From NCBI RefSeq assembly GCF_001194135.2, contig NC_068981.1, positions 43,376,374 through 43,416,957 on the forward strand: a stretch of 40,584 bases of DNA, in the 5' to 3' direction. Positions within the stretch are counted from its first letter, which is position 1; every line of letters starts with the position of its first letter. The DNA is from Octopus bimaculoides. Its lineage: Eukaryota. The notes under the pieces were generated by a model. That model saw nothing but the letters and a program-made list of their open reading frames with translations, made no database searches and was not told the DNA's origin. Below, one piece after another: positions 11,681-23,691 of the stretch. A program made the translations under genes and the position numbers.

Positions 11681-12354
11681 AGTCAGATCAATACAGTGAT
11701 AAACATACACACACACACAATATACATATGTATATATAACTACTACATACAGGCACCCCAATAAACCAATCTACATCTCCACATCTCTTCTCTTCCTCAC
11801 ATTTTCTCCTTCATACACTATGCCTAGCTCTCACTCCCCAATCCTGTCCTCACAGTTCTGTTCCTCTGTATTATTGCTATCCGGTAGCCACTCTACAACT
11901 CTATACATGCTCAGGTTTTCACCACTCACTCCCCACCTCTGCACTCTTTAATCACACTTCCTTCGCAATATCCTGCCACTTATATTATGATGTTCGAGCC
12001 TCAAAGGTATGCTCTGGAACTTGCTGCCATATATCTCTCTTCTTTTACTCAACCATCCCATTTATATCCTGATCCCCGTTCCTTGTGAGTATGCCCAGCA
12101 TTTTGCCACCGTCTCTATCCTGCTGTCTCCCACTCTCTCTCCTTCTCCTGCACTTCCCTCAAGGTGGGTAACCATGTATTTCCTATGTGGTAGCATACCT
12201 GTTTCTGTCTTTATTCCTGATCTCTCTCTCTCTTCGGCCGGGTAACCTTGTATTTCCTCTACAACAAGATACCTGTTTCTGTCTCTCTGTCTCACTATAG
12301 CCTTTCATTATCTGACACAAGATCAACTCCTCCAATATCCCCCTCTCCTCACAA

Positions 12355-12680
12355 ATGATTTTTGTCTTGCAAGTTACTTGGTGACCCTGTCAGTGCAGGT
12401 GTCACTTATAAAGCATCCAGTCCACACTGTAAAGTGGTTGATGTTTGGAAGTGCGTCCAACTGTAAAAACTTTGCCAAAACTGACCTCACCTGCGCTTGT
12501 GCCATATACAAAGCACTACATCCATTCTGCTGAGTGGTCGGTGTTAGGAAGGGCTTCCAACTGTAAAATCCTGCTAAAGCAGTTACAGACATCCAGTACA
12601 GGTTCTGCCTGGCTGACTCTTATGAAACCGTCTCACGCATGCTAGGACAGAAGTTAAACGTTAAACGATGATGATGATGA
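12355..12680 (+). mobile_element. SINE family C (GTTAAACGATGATGATGA tail)
   Basis: CTTGCAAGTTACTTGGTGACC head, duplicated GGAAGGGCxTCCAACTGTAAAA module, tail shared with 13459, 34151 and 35317. Confidence 0.75.
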
Positions 12681-12704
12681 TATATACTCAGAAATATATG
12701 TGAA

Positions 12705-12990
12705 AGGACATGGCTCAATGATTAAAGCATCAGGCTTACAATTGTGAGGTTGTGAGTTTGATTCCCAGATTGTGTTGTGCTGTGTTCTTGAGCAAGCTAT
12801 TTTATTTCACGTATGTGATATTACTGGTGCCAAACTGTATTGGCCTTTATCTTTTCCTGGATGACATCAGTAGCATGGAGAATGGAGACTGGCATGTATA
12901 GTCTTCCACAAACACAACCTTGCTCTGATTTCTACTTCAGAGGGGAACTTTCTAGGGGCAATCCCATGGTCGTTATGACATACATACACA
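12705..12990 (+). mobile_element. SINE, family D head with an alternative body
   Basis: Head matches 944; body ACTGGTGCCAAACTGTATTGGCCTTT matches the minus-strand copy at ~15780-15912. Confidence 0.7.
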
Positions 12991-13027
12991 CACATATATA
13001 ATTATATGTATATGCATATAACTGTAA

Positions 13028-13348
13028 GGCAGTGAGCTGGCAGAAATGTTAGCACACTGGGTGAAATGCATAGCGGTATTTCATCTGTCTTTACATTCTA
13101 AGTTCAAATTCTCCCGACGTTGACTTTGCCTTTCATCCTTTTGGGGTTGATAAATTAAGTGTTTATCACTATATTGACCTGGCTATCAAATATTGTATAC
13201 ATCATTGGTCATGATGTGCTTCCGATTCTTTCTTGATTGTGTAATTCTTTGTGATAGTGATATATATGTACCAGTTGCATACTGGGGTTGGTTTAATCGA
13301 ATGACCCCTGCCCCCAAAATTTCAGGCTTTGTACCTAGAGTAGAAAAG
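13028..13348 (+). mobile_element. SINE family B interrupted by a ~100-bp insertion
   Basis: Collinear with 36063-36269 except for extra sequence at ~13161-13267. Confidence 0.85.
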
Positions 13349-13458
13349 TATATGTGTATGTCTGTCTGTGTCTCCTTAAATGTTTATACTCTCTCTCTTT
13401 GCATGAAATAATCTGAGCAAAATTGTGATTCCATGTTACCCTTAACTGTTATCTTTGT

Positions 13459-13560
13459 AGATCTTGGAGCCTGGTGCAGCCATCTGGTTCGTCAGTCCTC
13501 AGTCAAATCGTCCAACCCATACTTGCATGGAAAACAGACGTTAAATGATGATGATGATGA
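13459..13560 (+). mobile_element. SINE family C 3' fragment
   Basis: GGAGCCTGGTGCAGCC...CAGTCAAATCGTCCAACCC...GTTAAATGATGATG. Confidence 0.85.
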
Positions 13561-14472
13561 TCTTGCACTTTTGAAGAGATGTGAACTGAAAAAAAAATCC
13601 CTTACTTGAAAAACTGTTAAAAATAAGTAACATTAACATCATCTGCTGGTAAAATAATGCTTTAATAATAAATATTCACCCAACCCATGCTGGCATGAAA
13701 AATGGAACATAAAACAAAAGAATAAAACAAATCAGCAGAATATATGGACAAATGTCAAACCCCAAAATGTCTCTACTTAGTATGGAACATTCAACATTAT
13801 GCATAATGAAAATACTATCTTTGTAAGATTTGTCAACTTTCCAGTACGTTCTACTAATTGGCCTGCTTTCCTAAAGCTAAATATGTCGGAAAAAGCATTA
13901 GTCTAGATTTGAATGCTGCAACTTGCTACTGCTGTTTAATATTTACATAAGGCATAATCATATTTCTGCAAGTATAATGGAGAAATTTTATACCAGAATT
14001 AAATATTAAAGTCGAGGTTACATTGCACAAGAGGTTAATATTTACAATAAATTTATTTGGCCAACATCAGTTATCTTTCATTTACACTACTAATTGAACT
14101 ATCTTATAATTCAATAATAATTCATGTATTATATATTTATTTAACTAAACAAAGTTCTAATTAGCATTCAAGTTCAAAGCAAACAAGCTACCATTGGATA
14201 TAATTTTGCTGGAACTAAGTATTTTTCTATACTTATGCATAGATCTTTTGCAATTGTTCAGCTCCAGGTCAGCTTTGTTCAAGCAGATCTCTGATCAGAA
14301 GCAATCTAGCCATGACCACCCCATCATCATCATCATCCACCACCACCATAATACATCAAATTAGTTTTAGAATACACTTTAATCATCACAATATTATACA
14401 AAATTGGAACATATAACTACCTTTACTTTAAGTATTCAACGATAATATGAACAGTCTTTTACAATGTTTCAT

Positions 14473-14945
14473 AACATTATTTAAGTAATATATAACGTTC
14501 GTATTTGCTATAGTTATTATTCTGCGTAAATCTGAGAGTTTTAACTATTTTATTAATCTTCAATAAACTTTTTATTTTAGGTTGATTTTCTTTTTCGATA
14601 TTATTTTAATAATTTTAATAATTATAATACGTATTTACCTCTGGTAATGGACACCATGTTTATCACGTGACTTTTCAGTATTAATTTTTAGAACATTATT
14701 TACGTAATATAGAATTCTCGTATGTGTATAGTTATTACACTGCGTTAATTTGCAAGTTAAAGTATTTTAGTATTTTTAATCCTCAAGTAACTTTTTATTT
14801 TAGGAAGATTTTCTTTTTCGATATTTTCGTTATTATTTTAGTAATTATAATACGAATGTACTTCTGGGTATTAGACGCCATATTTATCACGTGACCTTTT
14901 AGTATAAATTCTATAGCATAGCGATTTTGGTTTAATCTTCAGTCA
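14473..14945. repeat. Diverged tandem repeat, ~220-bp unit, two copies plus a partial third
   Basis: Anchors AACATTATTT (14473, 14692), TTAATCxTCA (14553, 14776, 14932) and TTATCACGTGAC (CACGTG at 14664 and 14888). Confidence 0.85.
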
Positions 14946-15711
14946 CCAGCCGGCAGATAAGTCATGTTTTCTTATTTTAATTTTATAAACAATATTGACA
15001 TCCGTCTTTTAGTAACTTTATACACTAACACATTGTTTCACTACTATCTACTTATTCCATAATGTTTTAATCTTGTTTACTATAATACTCTTTTTCAATA
15101 TTTTTTATTGTAACTCTTAATAATTATATTAATACCGTTAATGTAGGGATTACTTTACAGATTTTGTCTCTATATATATATTTATTTCTCATGTTTATGT
15201 TTATTCCTTGAATGATTTTAGGTATTTTCTTGGGGATTTGACCTGAAAAGTGACTGATTTTGGGAGTAAAATCATTTTCCCATTCTAATGAACTCGGATA
15301 GAATTTGCTTATGATTTTATATAGTCCTATTTCAGCCATGAATTCGCGTAGTCTATGTACTAGAACTAACATTTTACATTTATACTTCCATACTGTATAT
15401 TATCGTATTAATTTTTACTGTCCAATTTATAAATTTGACTTTTAAATTTTTTAAAATTTATATTTCTATGATTTCTATGATTTATTTATGTAATATATTA
15501 TTTAATTAAAATTTTTAGATTAAAATCTTAGATATATTAAGATGGTATATGTCTCACAGCATGGATTTGGACGGGTTCTGAGTTGGCTGAGTTGTAGAGT
15601 GGTGGTTCGTCTCTATATATACACATATATTATGTATTAGGAAACCCAGTATAATATTATACCGATTTTTGCCTGTAAGGTTGGAATAAATTTTTTATTC
15701 CCTAATATTAT

Positions 15712-15760
<49 letters not shown>

Positions 15761-15779
15761 TATGTGGCACATCACCACT

Positions 15780-15912
15780 GTCCAAATGGTAACACGGTAT
15801 CAATGGAAAGGTAAAGGCCAATACAGCTTGGCACCAGTGAGTGAACTGCAGCAACATGAATAAAGTATCTTGCTCAAGAACACAACATACAGCCCAGTCT
15901 GGGAATCAAACA
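15780..15912 (-). mobile_element. SINE fragment, same subfamily as 12705
   Basis: Reverse complement GTGTTCTTGAGCAAGATACTTTATT...ACTGGTGCCAAGCTGTATTGGCCTTT. Confidence 0.7.
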
Positions 15913-16118
15913 CACGTGTCTATACATATATACATGTGTGTGTGTATGAGAAATACACAGAAGTGGGAAATAAGGCTATGTAAGTGCTATGGTACGACCG
16001 TAGTTACACTCTCGGTTCAATAATAATATGAGTGAGGAGTTTAATGTGGGTCTTGTGTTAGCATGTATATGTTAAATAAAATGAGACAACACAGCCAAGG
16101 CAGTGTGAAATTTCATTT

Positions 16119-16178
<60 letters not shown>

Positions 16179-17135
16179 NNNNNNNNNNNNNNNNNNNNNN
16201 NNNNNNNNNNNNNNNNNNNNNNNNNNNNNNNNNNNNNNNNNNNNNNNNNNNNNNNNNNNNNNNNNNNNNNNNNNNNNNNNNNNNNNNNNNNNNNNNNNNN
16301 NNNNNNNNNNNNNNNNNNNNNNNNNNNNNNNNNNNNNNNNNNNNNNNNNNNNNNNNNNNNNNNNNNNNNNNNNNNNNNNNNNNNNNNNNNNNNNNNNNNN
16401 NNNNNNNNNNNNNNNNNNNNNNNNNNNNNNNNNNNNNNNNNNNNNNNNNNNNNNNNNNNNNNNNNNNNNNNNNNNNNNNNNNNNNNNNNNNNNNNNNNNN
16501 NNNNNNNNNNNNNNNNNNNNNNNNNNNNNNNNNNNNNNNNNNNNNNNNNNNNNNNNNNNNNNNNNNNNNNNNNNNNNNNNNNNNNNNNNNNNNNNNNNNN
16601 NNNNNNNNNNNNNNNNNNNNNNNNNNNNNNNNNNNNNNNNNNNNNNNNNNNNNNNNNNNNNNNNNNNNNNNNNNNNNNNNNNNNNNNNNNNNNNNNNNNN
16701 NNNNNNNNNNNNNNNNNNNNNNNNNNNNNNNNNNNNNNNNNNNNNNNNNNNNNNNNNNNNNNNNNNNNNNNNNNNNNNNNNNNNNNNNNNNNNNNNNNNN
16801 NNNNNNNNNNNNNNNNNNNNNNNNNNNNNNNNNNNNNNNNNNNNNNNNNNNNNNNNNNNNNNNNNNNNNNNNNNNNNNNNNNNNNNNNNNNNNNNNNNNN
16901 NNNNNNNNNNNNNNNNNNNNNNNNNNNNNNNNNNNNNNNNNNNNNNNNNNNNNNNNNNNNNNNNNNNNNNNNNNNNNNNNNNNNNNNNNNNNNNNNNNNN
17001 NNNNNNNNNNNNNNNNNNNNNNNNNNNNNNNNNNNNNNNNNNNNNNNNNNNNNNNNNNNNNNNNNNNNNNNNNNNNNNNNNNNNNNNNNNNNNNNNNNNN
17101 NNNNNNNNNNNNNNNNNNNNNNNNNNNNNNNNNNN
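16179..17135. other. Assembly gap (N)
   Basis: N run; ORFs 16063..17163 and 16118..17509 are artefacts. Smaller gaps at 32801-32811 and 38959-38968. Confidence 1.
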
Positions 17136-17580
17136 GGGGGTAGAGGTAGGGGTATGTGGGTAGACAGAGGTTGGGGTGGGTGTAAGGAATTGGATGGGGT
17201 GGGGTGGGAAGGTAGAGTAGGAGTGTGTTGGGGTGGGATGAGCTTATGAGGGAGGGTTGACGATGAAGGGGAAGGTGGATATAAGAGAGGGGGAAAGCGA
17301 GGAGAAAGAGAGTGAGAGAGAGGAAGACTGAGTCTCAAAGTCATGGCTGCCACTACAGAGCCTGCGTAGACGGAGGAATTGGGAATAGGGGATGGAAAGC
17401 TCGGTGTGTTTAGGGTGGGAGGAGAAGTTAAGATAAGAGTGTGAGTCTGTGTGTTTGTAGTGGATGGAGGTGCTAAGAGTGGAGTGATGGATGCTGACGG
17501 AAATGTCAAGAAAGGGGACAGAAGTGTCAGAGATAGTGGAGGGCAGGATGGAAGGATTGAACAAAGGAGAGGAACAAGTC
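17136..17580 (-). mobile_element. Penelope-like element, RT thumb region
   Basis: PFLDISVSIHHSTLSTSIHYKHTDSHSYLNFSSHPKHTELSIPYSQFLRLRRLCS is the characteristic PLE RT C-terminal FLD...YxKxTD...SxHP...IPYSQFLRLRRxCS. Confidence 0.92.
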
Positions 17581-17636
17581 AAGATGTTTGCATATATATA
17601 TATGTGCGTGTGTGTGTACGCACAAATATAAAATTA

Positions 17637-17678
<42 letters not shown>

Positions 17679-17704
17679 GATATATCTTCAATTGAAATTG
17701 GCAT

Positions 17705-17925
17705 ATGAATGTTCAGCTTTTGCCGAATGACCTGCATAAATGATTTGCTTATAGTGATCAAGTGTCCATGCTGTACAGTAGCTCAGTCCCCCCATCAAAT
17801 CGAAGTTGTCTGAACAGGTACACTGTGTACCATACATCAGGCTTCAAAGTGATCACAGAGCAATGTGAGATTAAATATTTTGCTCAAGAATGTACCACCC
17901 AGTTTAGGAATTGAAACCACGATTT
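17705..17925 (-). mobile_element. SINE, family D-like head
   Basis: Reverse complement has GGTTTCAATTCCT...CTTGAGCAAAATATTTAATCTCACATTGCTC. Confidence 0.6.
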
Positions 17926-17929
17926 TGTG

Positions 17930-18075
17930 CTGTCATGGGTTGGATGGTTGATAGGATTTGATGAGTGCAGAGAACTGTGTCAAATTCCAATGTCTGTTTT
18001 GGCATGGTTTCTACAAATTTACAAAGGGTATGGCGAGTTGTATGTATGGCACCAGCAAATGCACCCCAAAACACT
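17930..18075 (-). mobile_element. Degraded SINE family C
   Basis: Reverse complement GTAGAAACCATGCCAAAA...TCAAATCCTATCAACCATCCAACCCATG. Confidence 0.6.
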
Positions 18076-19914
18076 CTATAACGTGATGTATGTGTGTGTG
18101 TGTGTATGGAGAATGAAAGACAGAGACTGACAGATAGATAGACAAGTATATATCAATACATGCATATACACATACACCCCCACACACACACACATGTGCA
18201 CACTTCATTCACAGACACATACACAAGGCGTTCATTCATTCTAAATGGGAATAAAAATAGTCTGTTTAAACTTCCTTTTGTGCTTTGGCATTAAGCAAAG
18301 GAATGTACAGCATACACATGCTGTAGGTGTTGAACAATTCAGTTTCACTGACCTGTGAGTTATGTGTATAAAATCTCTAAGTGAAGGTAAGTGTTTTTAA
18401 AAGTACACATTTACCAATGATACATAGCATTTTCTAATGAAGTAAAGCCATTATACACTCTGAAAATGTCAGAAAATGGCTATTTGTAAAGAAAATTGCA
18501 GTTAAGTACACATGTAGTATTAACATAGTTAGGAGAAATCGAGGATGTTGCAAGAAGTTGAATGGGCTGGAGAAGCTATTGTTATAGAAAAACTTGCTAA
18601 ATTGGAGGCACAAAGAGTTCTACATCATAACATGCTGCTTGAAAATGGGGTACTTATTCATCAAAATGTTTATTAACTTACAAACTATCGTTGATGGAAT
18701 TGTGGTTTTGTAGCTAGAACAACCAGTTATCTTCATGTCCATATTGATCAAAATAATATAAATTTGATATGGACCATTTGTAATCACCTTTGTACAACAT
18801 TTGCAGGTCTAAGGATAAACATATATAGTCATCAAATAGAATAAATTAATTTCTACATAACTGTATAGTAAATACATAGCGTGCTTCTAGTGGTTCATTG
18901 ATTATAGGGCAGACAATGTCTTCTGGATTAAGTTAGGGCAGTTTTGAAAATTTGTAATTTACTTTAAAGAAGAAAAGAATAGCATTTCATATTTTTTTTT
19001 ACACATTATAAAGTTCTTAAAGCTTTTTTGTCATTGGTAGTCATATATAGGGTTATTTCATCCTTCTTTAGAATCATCAGCATGACATCACCTGAGACAA
19101 ATAAATTAAGCTAAATTCAACAGTTTATCAAGTTGGACATTACTTACAGAGATAAAATAGTTTATAGTTTAAAAGGCATTCTTGTTTAATTTTTTTTTTA
19201 CCCTCAATTTTTGAAAATAAAGGTACACTTGAAAGTTGTGTAAAATGATTCATACAAAACTATATTGAAAATAACAAATATAAAATAAATTACTTCAACG
19301 TATTCATATGTAGACAATCAGTTCTGCATCTGTATTTTCCAACTAGTCTAGAGTTTTGTGTTTGTTTTTTAGGTTTATGATACATTATTCCATCCAAATG
19401 GTTGTATGTTTTGGATATTGTTGTCCATTCATTATTTCAAGATGACAAGAATTATTATTCAGGGTCAACACTGATATTGAAAGTTAACAACAATGAGGAT
19501 AATGATGATGATAATCATCATCATCATTGTTGTTGTTATCATCATTTAAAGTTCACTTTTCCGTGCTTGCATGAATCAGACACAATTCATTGAAGCATAT
19601 TCTCCATAGTCAGGTGCCTTTCTTGCTGCCAGCCCTTATCCGTTTCCATGTAAGGTAAAAATACTTTCCTTTATTGAACAACTCAAACATAGTTACAAAC
19701 TGCTGTTTTAGTTATAAAGATCACACAAATTATCAAGAAGTCTTTGTATGATTTTGTAGATGACTGTAAGCATATAACACTGTTTGCATTGATGGCAAGG
19801 ATGTTGATTTTCTTTCCACTCAGCAAGCATGCATAGCAACAAGGAGAAAATATGATATCGGTCACATTAATACATGCACACACACACACAAACACTGATG
19901 TACATACTTGTATA

Positions 19915-19951
<37 letters not shown>

Positions 19952-20055
19952 TAAACAATAAGAGTGACAAATTGAATATTAATTTGATTAATATCAATTT
20001 AAAACCAGTGGCCTAGCATATTGAAAAAAATTGAAGATTCAGAAAAATTATATTA

Positions 20056-20219
20056 CATACATATAAGAGGGATGACCACTGAGTGGGCATCCATTATGCT
20101 AGAAGTAGATCACCTACGATCTGACCACTAAGAAAAGATTTTCTTAGGGTTCAGATCGTAGGTAATCTACTTCTGGCATAATGGATGTCCACTTAGTGGT
20201 CATCCCTATTATATGTATA
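20056..20219. repeat. ~160-bp palindrome (MITE-like fold-back)
   Basis: CATATAAGAGGGATGACCACTGAGTGGGCATCC...CTAAGAAAA ga TTTTCTTAG...GTGGTCATCCCTATTATATG; ~78-bp stem, 2-nt loop, few mismatches. Confidence 0.92.
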
Positions 20220-20359
20220 TATGTGTGTGTGTGTGTATGCATGTATATATGTTTGTATATACACAGATGACACACATACACACACATGTATGATCTATAC
20301 TGACTTCTCCTCAACAGGCCCCGCACTATTTAATGTTATTCCAAAACAAATCGAAGTAG

Positions 20360-20450
20360 AAAAGATCTCATGACCTTCAAATGACATCTAAACAAATTTC
20401 AAGGGACACCAGGCAGGCTACTTATACTTGGATACACCCAACAAAACCTT
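20360..20450 (+). mobile_element. Possible LINE 3' remnant (Nimb/I/L2-type FKxxLDKFL...PGY end)
   Basis: DLMTFK*HLNKFQGTPGRLLILGY; short and degraded. Confidence 0.35.
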
Positions 20451-20627
20451 CCAATTTCAATGGGCCATGCTACCACAAAAGTTGAAATTGAAAATAACTT
20501 AAGAGAATCTATCAGAAGGTGCTATAAAATTAAATATAGCCTGGGCAAAATTTTGGCCGAAACATATCTAAGTTTACCAAATATATAACGACATCATCAT
20601 CATTACTCCACCTCAACCACCCACATC

Positions 20628-20790
20628 ATAAATATCATTTAAAATCCCTTTTTCCATGTTGGTATAAGTTGGATGATTTGATAGGAACCAGCAAACTGGA
20701 GAGCTGCTCCAAGTGACAGTTTCCACAGTTTAATGCCCTTCTTAATGCCAGCCATTTTATAGATTGTACTGGATACTATTTTCATGGTTT
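20628..20790 (-). mobile_element. Degraded SINE family C
   Basis: Reverse complement ...TCAAATCATCCAACTTATACCAACATGGAAAAAGG. Confidence 0.55.
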
Positions 20791-21159
20791 CTTCAGTTAC
20801 TGTCTACAAATTTCGACCACAGGATATTGGTCATCCTATCACTGTAGTATAGAACATCAACCAAAAATATTCACACAGAGGTATCAAACCCCTAATCCCT
20901 TGGTTCAAATTCAAAAGCAAACTTTGTAACCATACAGCCATACCTGTACCCCAAATATTCATTACAAATTGTATGAGTGACACATTCTTTAACTGCCATA
21001 ATATTTTAAATGCAACAGCTAGGTTGATGGAATTCTCTGGCTTTTCTCCTTACATTTGCACAAATTTATGGTCATTTGTTACTGCTATGTCAATATGCCA
21101 CATTCTCGTTTGTCATTGCTCATTATGTCTTATCTCATAGTCTCTATGTGAAAAGCATA

Positions 21160-21420
21160 AGGTTTAGTGAGCAGGGAATTTGGTTGTGGGTTTGATTCCT
21201 GGTGGCACATTGTGTCTTTGAACAAAGCACTTTATTTCAAGTTGCTCCAGTCCATTCAGCGGGCAAAAATGATTTGTACCTATAATTCAAAGAGCCCACT
21301 TGTGTTACAGTCTGTGTCATTCTTAACCTCTTTTAGAACTACGTTAAGAGCACTTGTGTCTCTGGAGAACTCAGCCATTAGTACATTGACTTCATGAGCA
21401 GGCTATTCCATTGATATGAT
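21160..21420 (+). mobile_element. SINE family D
   Basis: Collinear with 944-1262. Confidence 0.75.
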
Positions 21421-22309
21421 TAACTGGTACACTTATCAGTGTAACTGACAGATAGCCAGGATGTGAAAGTTCCAAACTATTTTCAATGTCATTTTCTGAA
21501 ATAGCTGGTTGTTCATGTGAATTGCCACAAAGCATTTTTTTGTTCTTTTTGCAACAGATGAAATTTATTTATTTTCTTCTTAGTGTAGATTTATATAGAG
21601 CAACATTGCTATGTCACTGTATCTCTTAGAAATATTTTCCAGGGCTATTTGTTATAATGCAGGCATTTTTGATATTCCTTATCATATATCTAGTAGTATT
21701 ACTTACTCTTGTTAGTCCAAAGTAATCATGAACATGTATTTTCCATGATTGGCTCTTGGAAGCAAACCTCCTGTGGGACTTTATCATACATGTGCATATC
21801 TATACAATCACTTTTGATTCTCTTAGCTTCTATGTAAGCAAGCACAGTTTTTTCATAACCTATCCCTTTAATGTCTCTTTATCCTTTGTGGCAGTAACAA
21901 AGAAATTATCATCATCATTATTATTATTGTTATTGTTGTCTTTGTTGTTGTTAGCTCATTGTCTTTTAGCTTTTGTAAATATTTTTCACTGGGTTGTTAT
22001 AATTAACCCTGGGTATTGGATATGTTCAAAGAACATATAAATATGCAATTACATATGCTTTGATAAGTGTTTTGTTTGTTTGTTTATAAATGTGTGTGCA
22101 TCTTAATATGTGTGACTGTATCCAAAGATGTGTGATATGAAGAGGGTGACAGAGGCTGTTGTAAAGGTGGCTTGTTCATATTATACCGATCATTTCTTTT
22201 CTAGAATGGTTGTTGACAACATTGTTGTTGCTAATACTGCTACAGCTAATATTTCTACCATTTTTGTTTTTTTGATAGCATTCTTACTGCTATATTTTTT
22301 GCTCTTGTC

Positions 22310-22391
22310 TATGTGCATGCACACACACACCCACATATATGTGTGCATGAGTGTATATATGAATGTATATATATGTATATATACATATATA

Positions 22392-22426
<35 letters not shown>

Positions 22427-22804
22427 GCATATATAGATATGTGCATATGTATATATATATATGTATATGTGTGTATATATATATATAATATGAATATGTA
22501 TATATGTATATATATATACATACATATATGTACACGTATATGTATTCATACAAGCATGAATGTATGTGTATGTATATATTCATACATACAAGCACAAACA
22601 TATATATACATATACATACATACACACACACATATTTATGTGTATGTATATACATACATATATATATAAATATATATAGATATATATAAATGTGTATATA
22701 TATGTATATATCCATATATACACACATATATGTGTGTATGTTCATATATATATATGTGTGGGTATATGTGTGTATATGTACACTCACACACATGCACCCT
22801 CCCA

Positions 22805-22852
<48 letters not shown>

Positions 22853-22872
22853 GCATACATATATGTATATAC
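22310..22872. repeat. Large compound (AT)/(GT)/(AC) microsatellite field
   Basis: Direct reading; all I/Y/H/C-rich ORFs here are artefacts. Confidence 0.95.
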
Positions 22873-23691
22873 GTATGGTGATGTTGTTCACTTGGTTTAC
22901 CTTGACAATATGGTCGTTTCCATGTTGTTGCTTTTCTAATTTATTTTCTTCTTAGCCCTTTATGTTTTTCTTTTGCTACATTTGTTATTGTGATTATCAC
23001 TTGAATATCTATCCCAACGTGTATTTGCATGACAAAATCTGTAATATGCAATTCAACATAACTGTAATTGAAGTTTACACTCAAATGGAAAGTAGATAAT
23101 TGATGCAACTTTTGCCAGTTGGTGCATAAATATCAGTGAGGCATTTGCATTTCGTGTTGGAACATTTCCTTGATATGAAAAACAGCAGAAGGCAGAAACA
23201 AAATAATAATGATTACTTTTTGTTGGCAATCATGAGGAATTTTGCAATAAAGCAAAAAGAAACAATAACACTGATACATAATTGTTTAAATCTATCTGCC
23301 AAGAAAATAATCTCAGATATCTAATTTACTGAATACCAGAAATATGCAAGAATAGTGATTCATAGAGTAAATTGTAAATATTGCTTGTAATTTAGGGCCA
23401 TGGAGCAGCAATTCTGAAGGGAGGAGATGGTTAGTTTATTTCATTAACTCTTGTTCATGATTGGTACTTTATTATAACAACCAGAAATAGATGAAAGACA
23501 GTGTTGATCTCAGTAGGGCTTGAACTTAGGACAGAGATTTCTAAATTCTAGGCATGTTAACATTACAGTTAATTCTTTGGGATCAAAAAAATGAAGTGCT
23601 ACTCATGCACTTGAGTTGATATCCACTTATCCTTATTAAAAATAGTGTATTTGTGCTGAAATTAGGAATGACTACATTCTACATTTAGAAA

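Noticed and set aside
11995-12045. TGATG...GAGC/GCTC...GGAAC hammerhead-like string
   Set aside because: Core is incomplete and helices I and III are absent; isolated CTGATGA hits at ~26528, ~32622 and ~35546 also lack GAAA and helices.
15235-15270. KVTDFGS, a kinase DFG-like word
   Set aside because: Flanked by stops, with no other kinase motifs.
14410-15600. Possible mitochondrial insertion (NUMT)
   Set aside because: Translation with the invertebrate mitochondrial code gave no ND/COX/CYTB/ATP motifs, and I recognised no rRNA or tRNA.
16063-17509. The two longest ORFs (366 and 463 aa)
   Set aside because: They run through an N gap.
18525-18810. Short open frames on both strands with splice-like signals
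   Set aside because: Mutually incompatible, with no recognisable protein.
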